Source of the DNA: an uncultured cyanobacterium
Lineage (GTDB): Bacteria > Cyanobacteriota > Cyanobacteriia > Pseudanabaenales > Pseudanabaenaceae
Reading direction: 5' to 3'
Assembly (NCBI GenBank): GCA_963703315.1
Contig: OY969811.1
Location: 1,088,001-1,152,000, forward strand
DNA length: 64,000 nucleotides
The notes below the pieces were generated by a model. The model did not search any database. It was not told the DNA's origin and saw only the letters and a program-made list of their open reading frames with translations. The position numbers and the translations under genes are program-made. Shown here piece by piece: positions 10,776 to 20,506 of this stretch; the first letter of the stretch is position 1, and each line of letters opens with the position of its first letter.

Positions 10776-11518
10776 GAGAATTTATAAGAGATTTCGATAG
10801 GCGAGTAGTTGAAGTTGATAAGTATTTTGACTTGGTTGATAGAATTGAGCAACTTGGGGCTTTTTCTACAAACTCGATAACCTTTCCTTCAGGTGAGTAT
10901 ATAGTTGATAGCGATCTTCAAAAAATCCTGAGATCTCATTGTTATTTACTCTTGTATAATCTGATTGAATCTTCTATTAGAAATGGGATAATTGCTATCC
11001 ATGATGAAATTATTCTTGACAATCTAACTTACAAAGATTTGAGTCCAAAAATCAAAAAGTTATGGCTGTCAAATGATCGTAGTAAAAGTTTCATAAGTCC
11101 AAATATTAAGAAGGATACTATTGCAACAAATCTTCAGACAATAATTGAATCTATTCTTGATGATGAAACAGTCTCACTAGATGAAAGCAATATTCCAATA
11201 TCTGGAAATCTTGATGCTAAAACTATCAATGAATTGATAAATATGTATGGTTTTATTGGAAATTTAGGTGTTTCAGCTAGAGAAATGGATTGGATTCTTG
11301 ATTTTGTGGTTAAGATTCGATGTGATTTAGCTCACGGGAATGTATCATTTAGTGACGCATCGAATGAAATTATTTGGAATAGATCAATTAGTGATATTGA
11401 TAGCAGTGACAGAGTTTACAGATACTTAGTTGATGATAAACAGAAGATAGTTAGATATCTAACACATCTTCTGCAAAATATTGATGATTATATTGAGAGC
11501 AAAAAGTACAAAGCATAG
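10772..11518 (+). CDS. HEPN-domain protein, MAE_28990/MAE_18760-like
   Basis: LLLYNLIES, SGNLDA and Rx4H motif RCDLAHG; ATGA overlap with the upstream gene. Confidence 0.8.
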   Translation: MREFIRDFDRRVVEVDKYFDLVDRIEQLGAFSTNSITFPSGEYIVDSDLQKILRSHCYLLLYNLIESSIRNGIIAIHDEIILDNLTYKDLSPKIKKLWLSNDRSKSFISPNIKKDTIATNLQTIIESILDDETVSLDESNIPISGNLDAKTINELINMYGFIGNLGVSAREMDWILDFVVKIRCDLAHGNVSFSDASNEIIWNRSISDIDSSDRVYRYLVDDKQKIVRYLTHLLQNIDDYIESKKYKA

Positions 11519-11586
11519 TCAAATTATTAATAATTTGAGGATTTCCAGATTGTTAATGAAAAAGCGGCGCATTGCGCCGCAATCAT

Positions 11587-12291
11587 CTATGGGGTAACTG
11601 TGAGTTTTTTTAAGACTTCTTTAGTTCGGAGTCCCTGTTTCACCCAAGTCTCTACTTGTTGCACTTTACTGGTTACTCCCACAACAAAGCGCGTGTAATT
11701 CTCTGGACTAGAACTATCTACAGGAGCAACGGCATCAAGCTCAGGCTGAGATGACCAATCCGTAGCACAGGCACGAATCTCCTTGCCAGCCCAACGCGAA
11801 AACCATGCAGCAATAAAACCCGCTTGCAACTGATGCCAAGGCAAATTACCTGATTGCAAGCCAATTTCGCTACCTGTGGTCAAAACCGAATTTTGGGTAG
11901 TCACGACAATTAGCCCATGTTGGCGATGACTAAAATCAAGGGTCAAAACTCCCATGCCATGCACAGTCCAGAGTTGGCGCATCGTTGCCAAAAATTCCAC
12001 TGCATTAGTTGCCATAATTGTTTTGCCTTGATAAGACTCAATCTCGCCACGAATATGATCGTAGAAAGAACCACCCCAACCAAAGCCAAAGGTATAGAGC
12101 GCTAGAGTTCCCGCCTGTCCTGCCTCAGACTGAAGCGATCGATGGATACTTCGCAATAAAAAATCTGGTACAGCAACTAGGCGATCGCCTTGTCGAGTAG
12201 AAAGCAAACCCGTTGCAGGATCGGACTTAACGTAAAAACGGGGGGAAAAGTAATTTCCAGCAATTGAATTAGGAATCATTGGCTTAACCAT
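11587..12291 (-). CDS. V4R-like domain protein (degenerate Cys motif)
   Basis: DPATGLLSTRQGDRLVAVP...GFGWG...HGMGVL...AGFIAAWFS; paralogous to 13206-13937. Confidence 0.75.
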   Translation of the reverse strand: MVKPMIPNSIAGNYFSPRFYVKSDPATGLLSTRQGDRLVAVPDFLLRSIHRSLQSEAGQAGTLALYTFGFGWGGSFYDHIRGEIESYQGKTIMATNAVEFLATMRQLWTVHGMGVLTLDFSHRQHGLIVVTTQNSVLTTGSEIGLQSGNLPWHQLQAGFIAAWFSRWAGKEIRACATDWSSQPELDAVAPVDSSSPENYTRFVVGVTSKVQQVETWVKQGLRTKEVLKKLTVTP

Positions 12292-12746
12292 TGGTGGGCG
12301 ATCGCAACATAAGGCAGTAACAAATCTGCATTCTCCTTAGGAAGATTGGCTTGCACAGATTTTTGTAAAGAGCGATAGACAAAATCATTAACCCGTTGAT
12401 TTTTCAAAGCCAACATAATGTTTTGCATCCAATACAGCAACCGATCTTTGAGCAGTTCTTCATCTTGCAATAGCATGGCGGTAGCGCAGTAACGCAATAC
12501 TAGAGCCATATCCCGATTGCATTTGTTGCCACCATCGTGAGTTACCTTGGCTGCCACATCAGGAGCCGTAGTTTTAATCTGTTGCATTACCTGAGCAAGG
12601 ATGGCATTTTCCTTAGCTTGGACTAAATCATAGGTTTGGCGACGCTGTTGCCAAGAATTGATTGTCCGATCCAAAGTTTGTAAATCTTCTGGTGTGATAT
12701 ACGAGCCATCGGCGCGATCTAACACAGTTTCTAAGAGAGTAAGCAT
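12276..12746 (-). CDS. Phycobiliprotein-like (globin-fold) protein
   Basis: ADGSYIT N-terminus and KCNRDMALVLRY, matching the phycobiliprotein CxRDxxxxLRY motif. Confidence 0.8.
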   Translation of the reverse strand: MLTLLETVLDRADGSYITPEDLQTLDRTINSWQQRRQTYDLVQAKENAILAQVMQQIKTTAPDVAAKVTHDGGNKCNRDMALVLRYCATAMLLQDEELLKDRLLYWMQNIMLALKNQRVNDFVYRSLQKSVQANLPKENADLLLPYVAIAHQWLSQ

Positions 12747-12832
12747 AATTTTAAAGATTTAAAAAAATTTAATTAGTTTAGTGAAATTATTATATTGACT
12801 CTTCCACTTTTGTCAGAAAAATTCAAGAGTTT

Positions 12833-13204
12833 CTACGAATCAGGAAAATTAACTAGTAAATCCTCAAGCAAATTGAGATCCTCCTCCTTCGCAGTTACAA
12901 TTTCCTGACTCTCAACATTCCATTCAATTTGCTCAATTAACTCTTGTGTGGTTAAAGATTCTAAGTTAGGAATATCATCTAAACCCAACAAAAAAGGTGA
13001 TGGACGAGGAATTGAATTTGGTAGCGCACCATTCAGATTTGATTGCTCCTCAATGGGCGATCGCGGCGATCGCGAAGGTTTATCTTTCTCTAAATCCTCA
13101 ATAAAAAATACTCTCAAGGCTTTGACAAGCGATCGCCATAGCCTTTTTAGCCATTGCAGCCAATTGGGCAAACGATACTTACGCGGTTTGTTGCGTCTTC
13201 TCAC
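12833..13204 (-). CDS. Hypothetical protein of the V4R cluster
   Basis: GTG start 1 nt after the upstream stop; basic/amphipathic N-terminus, acidic C-terminus (LTTQELIEQIEW). Confidence 0.6.
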   Translation of the reverse strand: MRRRNKPRKYRLPNWLQWLKRLWRSLVKALRVFFIEDLEKDKPSRSPRSPIEEQSNLNGALPNSIPRPSPFLLGLDDIPNLESLTTQELIEQIEWNVESQEIVTAKEEDLNLLEDLLVNFPDS

Positions 13205-13205
13205 C

Positions 13206-13937
13206 TCAAATCCCTCCTAAATCGATTGAACTAGCTGACTCAGAGCCATTGGCAATGTCTTGATCTAACAACCTTTTTTCAATCTCTTGAGCAGTAGCCC
13301 CAGAGTTTAACCAAAACTCAGCCGCTTTGATGCGCGTCTCCGAACCAATCAAAAATCGACAAAAGTTATTACCCATTGAATAGCATTGAATTTCCGTACT
13401 ACTCAAACCACGATTGAGCATTACTGAAAAGAACCCTGCTAGTAGCCCTGCGTACAGAAAACACACTGGCTTACCAATATTACCCATCGACTTCGCCACT
13501 GCCGAGTCAAAAAGATCGATGAAAATAAAACCTTCGCGAATAGAACTAAGATCGACATTCCATTTACCCCAACCCTGTGCTGTTAAAGGCCACCACCAAG
13601 TTTCTAGTGCAAACTTCAGACTAGATTTGTTGATGCTTAAACGATAGTCTCTCTCAAACCATACTTTAAAATCTTTGGCATCCTCAATCCCCCAATCCTT
13701 ACCAATCAAATACATCAACCAACCAGAAGCCTCCCCCACTTCATGTTCTAGCCCCTTCAGTAACGACACAATAAAATCGTCACTAGCTAACACATATTGA
13801 TGTTGATTCCAGTCTTTAATTTGCCCTTTAGACTGATCAAATTGAAAAAAAGTATGGCGGCTATAATGGCATACTTGCGATAAAGAAGTTAATGGAAGAA
13901 TTGCTTCTTCATTAGGATAAAAGGGTGTTTTTGTCAT
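13206..13937 (-). CDS. V4R domain protein
   Basis: QGWGKW, DSAVA, GKPVCFLYAGLLAGFFS, EIQCYSMGNNFCRF. Confidence 0.85.
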   Translation of the reverse strand: MTKTPFYPNEEAILPLTSLSQVCHYSRHTFFQFDQSKGQIKDWNQHQYVLASDDFIVSLLKGLEHEVGEASGWLMYLIGKDWGIEDAKDFKVWFERDYRLSINKSSLKFALETWWWPLTAQGWGKWNVDLSSIREGFIFIDLFDSAVAKSMGNIGKPVCFLYAGLLAGFFSVMLNRGLSSTEIQCYSMGNNFCRFLIGSETRIKAAEFWLNSGATAQEIEKRLLDQDIANGSESASSIDLGGI

Positions 13938-14021
13938 TTGAGTTCCTTCAATGTGAATAAATGGGAATTTCCATAAATCTCAGAAAAACAGTCAATTAGA
14001 TTACCGATCTCAAACCCTAGA

Positions 14022-14507
14022 TTATTCTGGGGATAATAACATTTGACTTAAGTCAGTAGTAAAGGTGGAATCAATTTCAGCCATTTTTTCTAAAGCCGAT
14101 CGCAAAATTAGTTTACCTTCTTCAACTAAAACATCACCAGTCAATGGATGGATGAGATTTTGTTGAGCGCGTTTGCCGATTAAGACTTTTAACTCTCCTA
14201 GCGAACCTATATACATACCTTGAGGAACTTCAATTACAACGCCATCTCGAATAACTCGCGCTTGACAAGCCAAACGTGAATTCTCTTTAGATGTAGTGAT
14301 AAAACTTAAAGTTAATATCTCTTGGTCATTTTTAGGACTTAGAGCATCTTTCCCCTCTTGGACATATATATGGCAAGTTGCACACCTGCCCTGACCGCCA
14401 CAGGCTTGGAGTACATTCATCTCCTGTTCCAGCAAAACACTGAGTAAAGTGCTATCAGTTAAGACCTCCACCTCTTGATTTAATGGTTGTAGTTTTATTT
14501 GTTTCAC
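14022..14507 (-). CDS. [2Fe-2S] ferredoxin with C-terminal extension
   Basis: CGGQGRCATC...SRLAC cluster ligands. Confidence 0.88.
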   Translation of the reverse strand: MKQIKLQPLNQEVEVLTDSTLLSVLLEQEMNVLQACGGQGRCATCHIYVQEGKDALSPKNDQEILTLSFITTSKENSRLACQARVIRDGVVIEVPQGMYIGSLGELKVLIGKRAQQNLIHPLTGDVLVEEGKLILRSALEKMAEIDSTFTTDLSQMLLSPE

Positions 14508-14517
14508 TTATATCTCA

Positions 14518-15366
14518 TTAAACAGTGGAAATTAGCTTGGCAACATCAGCAGATAGAGGCTTAGCTTTTAATATCTGTGAGAAGTCAATAATAACCCGCT
14601 CACATTCCTTTAAGAAAGCTCTGACCCAAGTTTGCACATCCTGCAATTGTTCAGGAGTTAATGGTGCAATCTGCTCAGTGAGAAAAGGACAACTAATTTG
14701 ACCTTGATAGTCAATTTTCCAATATTCCAAAGATGGATGCAGGGTTACTAGACTTGAGTGGGTTTTTTTCCAATAGTTAGCGATCGCCAAAGGTCCCAAA
14801 TAGCCAGAACTATATTTAGTCAACCGATTTAGGGCAACAAGAGTCGCCTCCCATGTCAAGGTATCAATGTCGGTAACCGCGTCAGAGATGAGAGATTGAT
14901 TCTGAATAGAATTTTGAATACTACTTTTCAGGGCATTACGAATTAATGCTTTCCGAAATAAATGCACATTATGAGGATGAATACTCACCACATCATGCAC
15001 GCCTCTGTCAATTGCCCATTCTCGAAAAAAATCACTAACCTCAATTTGATCGACCAACAGAATAATTGGTAAATTCTGCCATTGTTTGAGACAACGACGA
15101 CAAACCTCTAACCAATTTAAATCTTCTAATTTGCCTAATAAAATCAGATCAGGAGATTGCCTAGTGACAGCCTGAACTAACTGTTGATAATTGGAGCAGA
15201 GATCAGGAACCCAACGATTATCTTTCTTAATTTCTTCAAGAATGACTTGCGATATATTTGGTTTTGACTCAGCTAGAGCTAAATGTATAAGCCGCTTTGC
15301 TGGATGCTGGTGATCCATTAATTCTTCAAAAAAAGAATCCGAATTATTCATTGTTAATGTTTGCAT
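14518..15366 (-). CDS. Pseudo-receiver domain protein with uncharacterised C-terminal domain
   Basis: REC-like segments (SPDLILLG, LPIILL, WAIDRGVHDVV) lacking the phosphoacceptor Asp. Confidence 0.6.
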   Translation of the reverse strand: MQTLTMNNSDSFFEELMDHQHPAKRLIHLALAESKPNISQVILEEIKKDNRWVPDLCSNYQQLVQAVTRQSPDLILLGKLEDLNWLEVCRRCLKQWQNLPIILLVDQIEVSDFFREWAIDRGVHDVVSIHPHNVHLFRKALIRNALKSSIQNSIQNQSLISDAVTDIDTLTWEATLVALNRLTKYSSGYLGPLAIANYWKKTHSSLVTLHPSLEYWKIDYQGQISCPFLTEQIAPLTPEQLQDVQTWVRAFLKECERVIIDFSQILKAKPLSADVAKLISTV

Positions 15367-15745
15367 CGCGCGATTTATTATGTTGTTTTTATTAAAATTT
15401 TTATGCTATTTCAAGCTTAAATTCAGATTGATATTAATAAAATGATTTAAAAAATGATTTAAAAAAATTAGAATAGCCTACTTAGAAATCCCCCTAATCT
15501 GAAACATATATATTTTCAAGTCTGTGATTAACAGAATTGCTTCGTTCTGCAAAGGCAGGACAAAACTTGGTTAATTTATATAAGCCATGAAAATGCTACA
15601 GGTAGAGGTAATAAGAATTTTGTTAATCAGTTTATAACCTCTCAAAAGATAACTACCTAAAAATTAAAAAAAATATGTAATTTTTAACACTAGCCCCAAT
15701 CATTAGCCAATAAAAAAAGCAATCTATAACATTTTTACTTTTTGC

Positions 15746-16186
15746 TCAGGAATCGCTAAGTAACCTTTCTAAAATCTCTTGAGTAATCAAGTTCCCCTCT
15801 TGAACTAGTAACTCTCCTGTTAAAGGATGGTAGATATTGCGTGGGGCAAGTCGATTTTTTAGTCTGGAAAAAATTTGAACTAGTTTTTTGTCGGTTTTAT
15901 TATCTAAATAAAATACAACTCCATCGGCTACCACTGAAGCTTGACAGGTCAGACGATAAAGAGATAAATCGCGGCGCGTATTCTTGAGGGTTACTTGTTC
16001 TAAGGACTGCATAGGACTAAGGCTATTTGCACCATCAAAAACCCTTAAAGCGCAAGTCCCGCAAGTTCCTTGTCCCCCACAGGTTGCCGCTAATTCTACT
16101 TTGGCGTGTTTAAGCGATCGCCACAATGCATTTTTGGCAGAGACGTTGATCGTGATTCCTAGAGGTTCAAGTTTAATACGAGGCAT
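15746..16186 (-). CDS. [2Fe-2S] ferredoxin with C-terminal extension (paralogue of 14022-14507)
   Basis: CGGQGTCGTC...YRLTC; shares the HPLTG(E/D)xLVxEGxLI tail. Confidence 0.85.
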   Translation of the reverse strand: MPRIKLEPLGITINVSAKNALWRSLKHAKVELAATCGGQGTCGTCALRVFDGANSLSPMQSLEQVTLKNTRRDLSLYRLTCQASVVADGVVFYLDNKTDKKLVQIFSRLKNRLAPRNIYHPLTGELLVQEGNLITQEILERLLSDS

Positions 16187-16258
16187 AGAGATGATAATTC
16201 TGCCAAAAAAGCTTAATGATTATACCAAAGCACAAAATGACTATGCCATTTTGTGCTT

Positions 16259-16509
16259 TATAGCTGTAGTCATTTATGTTAGGACAAAACCAAAACCCAA
16301 AAGAGAGTGGCGGTGCGAAGCGCCGCCACTCTCTTTTGGGTTTGAAGAAAAAAGCTGTACTCTCATGAGTGCAGCTTTGCTTTTGTAGAGTTTATATAGC
16401 TGTTGCCATTTACATCAGGACAAATCAAAAAACTAGAAGCGAGTGGCGGCGCTTTGGGTCGCCACTCGCTTCTAGTTTTTGTGTCCCAAAAAGACTGATG
16501 ACAGCTATA
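16259..16509. mobile_element. Two adjacent TATAGCTG-family palindromic elements
   Basis: tatagctgtagtca...aaacccaaaagagagtggcgg/ccgccactctcttttgggttt (16259-~16343), and tatagctgttgcca...tgatgacagctata (16395-16509) with an internal hairpin. Confidence 0.65.
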
Positions 16510-16536
16510 GATTGCCTCTAGTGGAGATTCGCAAAT

Positions 16537-18540
16537 CTAACCGAGAACCTTGCGAGAGGTTGCCACAACGTTGTCAACGGTGAAGCCAAACTTCTCATAA
16601 ACTACAGGACCTGGAGCCGAAGCACCGAAGGTATCCATACCGATCACTGCGCCTTCAGAACCGACATACTTGTGCCAGCCAAAGGTGCTGCCAGCTTCAA
16701 CACTGACGCGCTTCTTAACGGATGTAGGAAGTACAGATTCTTTATACTCATCAGATTGCTCATTGAAGAGTTCTTGACAAGGCATAGAGACTACACGCAC
16801 AGCCTTACCTTCGCCCGCGAGAATTGCCGCAGCCTTAACAGCTAGATCAAGTTCGGAACCTGTAGCAATAATAATTAACTCAGGATTAGGAGCATCAACA
16901 ACGGTATAAGCACCCTTCTTAGCGCCTTCGATGGAAGTACCAGCAAGGTTCTTCACATTCTGACGAGTGAATGCGAGGAAGCTAGGACGCTTACGGTTGG
17001 CGATCGCCACTTGGTAAGCCGCTACAGTTTCGTTAGCATCGGCAGGACGGATGGTCAAGGAGTTAGGAATTACACGCAAAGATGCAATGGTTTCTACGGG
17101 TTGGTGCGTAGGTCCATCTTCACCGAGCATTACGGAGTCGTGGGTGAGGATGTACAATGCACCGATTTCTGCTAATGCCGAGAGACGCATTGCGCCACGC
17201 ATATAGTCAGCGAATACGAGGAAGGTTGCACCATAGGGAATTGTGCCGCCGTGAAGCGCCATACCATTCATGATTGCGCCCATACCATGCTCACGTACAC
17301 CAAAGCGGAAGTTACGACCTTCGTAAGAACCGTATTGGAAATCAGCTAGCCCTTTAACGTAGGTCATGTTGGAGTGAGCCAAGTCAGCAGAACCACCCAA
17401 GAATTCGGGAAGTACTGGAGACAATGCATTCAAGCAAGCTTCAGAAAGAAGACGGGTTGATGTTTCCTTTTGAGCAACGGGTTCAAGAGCCTTTTCCCAA
17501 CCTTCAGGAAGTTCACCAGCCATGATCCGCTTGAATTCAGCAGCTTCCGCAGGATATGCCTTTTCGTAAGCAGCAAAGCGCTCATTCCATTCTGCTTCAG
17601 CCTTAGCGCCCTTATCGATCGCTTGACGGAAACGGGTAAGCGCATCGGCAGGTACATCAAAAGGCTCATAAGTCCAACCGAGGTTAGCGCGGGTTGCAGC
17701 AACTTCATCGCCACCGAGAGCCGCACCGTGAACGCCAGCAGTACCAGCTTTCTTAGGAGAGCCATAACCGATGGTGGTGGTGACAACTAGCAAGCTGGGC
17801 TTGTCGGTGACAGATTTAGCTTCGGCAAGCGCCTTAGCGATCGCATCAAGGTCTTCATTACCGTCAGCAACCTTAACAACGTGCCAACCGTAAGCTTCGT
17901 AGCGCTTGCCGACATCTTCAGTAAATGCGAGGTCGGTGCTGCCATCGATGGAGATGCTGTTGCTGTCGTAGAGCATGATCAGCTTGCCAAGCTTGAGGTG
18001 ACCACCTAAGGAAGCCGCTTCGGAAGCAATGCCTTCCATGTTGCAACCATCACCAAGGATGACGTAGGTATAGTGATCAACGATGTTGTGACCAGGTTTG
18101 TTGAAGCGAGCTGCTAAGTGTGCCTCAGCGATCGCCAAACCAACAGCATTACCAACACCTTGACCGAGAGGACCTGTGGTGACTTCGACACCTGCGGTTT
18201 CAAAGTTTTCAGGGTGTCCGGGGGTGGGGCTACCCAACTGACGGAAATTTTTGATGTCTTCGATGCTGACGCTGTCATAGCCAGTCAAGTGCAGCAAGGA
18301 GTATTGCAACATACAGCCATGTCCTGCGGAGAGGACAAAGCGATCGCGATCGACCCACTTAGGATTTTTAGGATTAAACTTTAAAAACTGATCGAACAGC
18401 ACAAAAGCCATTGGTGCTGCGCCCATCGGCAGACCGGGGTGACCAGATTTTGCTTTTTCGACCGCATCGATCGATAAAAAGCGGATGGAGTTAATGCAGA
18501 GTGTCTCAAGGGTTTGAGGTTTCGAGGGTGCAGCGACCAT
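16537..18540 (-). CDS. tkt: Transketolase
   Basis: [32 protein letters not shown] motif, [12 protein letters not shown]...GEDGPTHQP. Confidence 0.97.
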   Translation of the reverse strand: MVAAPSKPQTLETLCINSIRFLSIDAVEKAKSGHPGLPMGAAPMAFVLFDQFLKFNPKNPKWVDRDRFVLSAGHGCMLQYSLLHLTGYDSVSIEDIKNFRQLGSPTPGHPENFETAGVEVTTGPLGQGVGNAVGLAIAEAHLAARFNKPGHNIVDHYTYVILGDGCNMEGIASEAASLGGHLKLGKLIMLYDSNSISIDGSTDLAFTEDVGKRYEAYGWHVVKVADGNEDLDAIAKALAEAKSVTDKPSLLVVTTTIGYGSPKKAGTAGVHGAALGGDEVAATRANLGWTYEPFDVPADALTRFRQAIDKGAKAEAEWNERFAAYEKAYPAEAAEFKRIMAGELPEGWEKALEPVAQKETSTRLLSEACLNALSPVLPEFLGGSADLAHSNMTYVKGLADFQYGSYEGRNFRFGVREHGMGAIMNGMALHGGTIPYGATFLVFADYMRGAMRLSALAEIGALYILTHDSVMLGEDGPTHQPVETIASLRVIPNSLTIRPADANETVAAYQVAIANRKRPSFLAFTRQNVKNLAGTSIEGAKKGAYTVVDAPNPELIIIATGSELDLAVKAAAILAGEGKAVRVVSMPCQELFNEQSDEYKESVLPTSVKKRVSVEAGSTFGWHKYVGSEGAVIGMDTFGASAPGPVVYEKFGFTVDNVVATSRKVLG

Positions 18541-18908
18541 AGTTACAATTGCTTAGAAAAATTTTGTACTCAATCAGGTACATTTTCCCTCAAAACTGTC
18601 CCATAACAATAACAAATTTTAATATTTGGTAGCGTCCTACTCAATTTAGGTTGACATCTATAGGGTAGACGCGGCATGAACGGTCTTGTCATATAGGAAA
18701 TATCAAACCATAAAACCTGTGGCGCACGCGCAGAGTGCGTTACAGGTTTTAGATTGTGCCGAGATAATTATGGGGTGTATCGAAATCCAAACAATTGTTA
18801 CGGCATCTTAAAATCAGTGATCCCTAACAATTTAAGTATTACCATATACACAGATAGGAAAAAGATCCTAAACAAAGTTCTCTAGATATTCCTCTAAAGG
18901 TGATAGTT

Positions 18909-19055
18909 ATGAACGGCTTAACACAAAAATTCATTAATATGGTGGAATATTTAAGCGATGCGATCGCCAAAATTTTCACACCGAGTAAAGACGATTTTCC
19001 TGCTACGGGCGCACAGCCCTACAACGGCGATCCCGCATCGGAACATTCCAAATAG
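18909..19055 (+). CDS. atpT: 48-aa small protein, AtpTheta (Norf1)-like ATP synthase inhibitor candidate
   Basis: Hand-translated MNGLTQKFINMVEYLSDAIAKIFTPSKDDFPATGAQPYNGDPASEHSK; AAAGGTGA RBS upstream and terminator right after. The IFxPxxDDxPxxGxQP pattern is recalled from this family. Confidence 0.72.
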   Translation: MNGLTQKFINMVEYLSDAIAKIFTPSKDDFPATGAQPYNGDPASEHSK

Positions 19056-19089
19056 AAAAAAGAGAGGTGCGTTGCACCTCTCTTTTTTT
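19056..19089 (+). terminator. Intrinsic terminator after the small ORF
   Basis: aaaaaagagaggtgc-gtt-gcacctctcttttttt. Confidence 0.75.
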
Positions 19090-19180
19090 ATCCCAAGAAG
19101 TGAGTGGCGGCGCGATGCGCCGCCACTCACTTCTTGGGGTATAGCTATAATATCGTTAACTTTTTTAGAGATGCTTCTCG

Positions 19181-20362
19181 ATGACGCAAAACTTATTCCC
19201 AATGCCGCCATTAGCATCGCTAAACCCTTATCAATGGGCAAGAAAAAACTTATTTAGCAGTTGGTTTAATAGTCTCCTCACCGTTTTTTGTGTATGGTTC
19301 ATCTATCAAGTTGCTGGAGGACTATGGATTTGGGCAACAACCAAAGCCCAATGGACAGTTGTAAGTAGCAATTTACGGTTGCTTTTGGTGGGGCTGTACC
19401 CTGTAACTGAGTTTTGGCGGTTGTGGATTGTTTTAGCGATCGCAGGTTTACTTTCAGGCATCTCATGGGGACTATGGGGCAGATTTAGCCGTAACGTAGC
19501 GATCGCGATTGGTTCTTTATCCATAGCCCTTGCGATTTTGCTACCCGTTGATTTGGCATTCAAAATTTTGACTTTAGCCATTAGTGGCGCGATCGCCATC
19601 GGTTTTCTGATTGGTCAGCAATCCAAGCGGTTTAATCAAAGTTCTCTAATTTTGGCGATCGCTTGGTTATTATCTTTACCGACTTCTCTATGGTTGGTGG
19701 GCGGCAATTGGGGACTAGTTCCTGTCGATGTGAATGTTTGGAATGGATTGGTTTTAACTTTAATTATTGCAATCTCAGGCATTACTTTTTCTTTTCCATT
19801 GGGCGTATTACTAGCTTTAGGAAGACAAAGCACATTACCCCTGATCAGGTTATTCTGCATCTTTTATATTGAACTCGTGCGCGGATTACCCCTCATCGGC
19901 ATTCTGTTTATGGCACAGGTGATGTTGCCCTTATTTTTACCCTCAGGCTTAGAAATTGATCGAGTATTAAGAGCGATCGCCGCTTTTGTTCTATTTAGTG
20001 CGGCTTACCTTGCCGAAAATGTGCGTGGTGGTTTGCAATCAATTCCTAAAGGACAAGCGGAAGCTGCGAGAGCATTAGGGTTAAATATCCCCTTGACAAT
20101 TACTTTAATCGTCTTACCCCAAGCTCTCAAAGCCTCAATTCCTGCAATCGTCGGTCAATTTATTGGTTTGTTTAAAGATACTTCGCTAGTAGCGATCGTG
20201 GGTTTAATAGATTTAATGGGTGTGGCGAGAACGGTACTATCCCAGCCAGAATTTATCGGTCGATATGCCGAAGTCTATCTCTTTGTCGCTTTAATTTATT
20301 GGACATTCTGTTTTTCGATGTCGCAACTTAGTCAGAAGTTAGAAAGGAAGTTGCAAAATTGA
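19181..20362 (+). CDS. Polar amino acid ABC transporter permease (NatH/AapM-like)
   Basis: WARKNLFSSWFNS, YIELVRGLP, AYLAENVRGG...GQAEAARALG, LFKDTSL. Confidence 0.88.
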   Translation: MTQNLFPMPPLASLNPYQWARKNLFSSWFNSLLTVFCVWFIYQVAGGLWIWATTKAQWTVVSSNLRLLLVGLYPVTEFWRLWIVLAIAGLLSGISWGLWGRFSRNVAIAIGSLSIALAILLPVDLAFKILTLAISGAIAIGFLIGQQSKRFNQSSLILAIAWLLSLPTSLWLVGGNWGLVPVDVNVWNGLVLTLIIAISGITFSFPLGVLLALGRQSTLPLIRLFCIFYIELVRGLPLIGILFMAQVMLPLFLPSGLEIDRVLRAIAAFVLFSAAYLAENVRGGLQSIPKGQAEAARALGLNIPLTITLIVLPQALKASIPAIVGQFIGLFKDTSLVAIVGLIDLMGVARTVLSQPEFIGRYAEVYLFVALIYWTFCFSMSQLSQKLERKLQN

Positions 20363-20391
20363 TAACTCACCTTACGCAGAGCAAAGATCTG

Positions 20392-20498
20392 CCCTCATCC
20401 CCCAGCCCCTTCTCCCAGAGCGGGAGAAGGGGAGAAAAATAAATTTATAAAAGTTTTCTTGTCCCCCTCTCCTGCGGGAGAGGGGCTAGGGGTGAGGG
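20392..20498. repeat. CCCTCACCCC...GGGGTGAGGG double-hairpin dispersed repeat
   Basis: Inverted ends plus two internal CTCTCC/GGAGAG-type hairpins; other copies at 20825-20917 and 38261-38360. Confidence 0.8.
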
Positions 20499-20506
20499 TC
20501 TTACAC

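Noticed and set aside
12276..12746. apcA/apcB antenna subunit
   Set aside because: Too divergent, and in a V4R/ferredoxin context rather than an apc operon.
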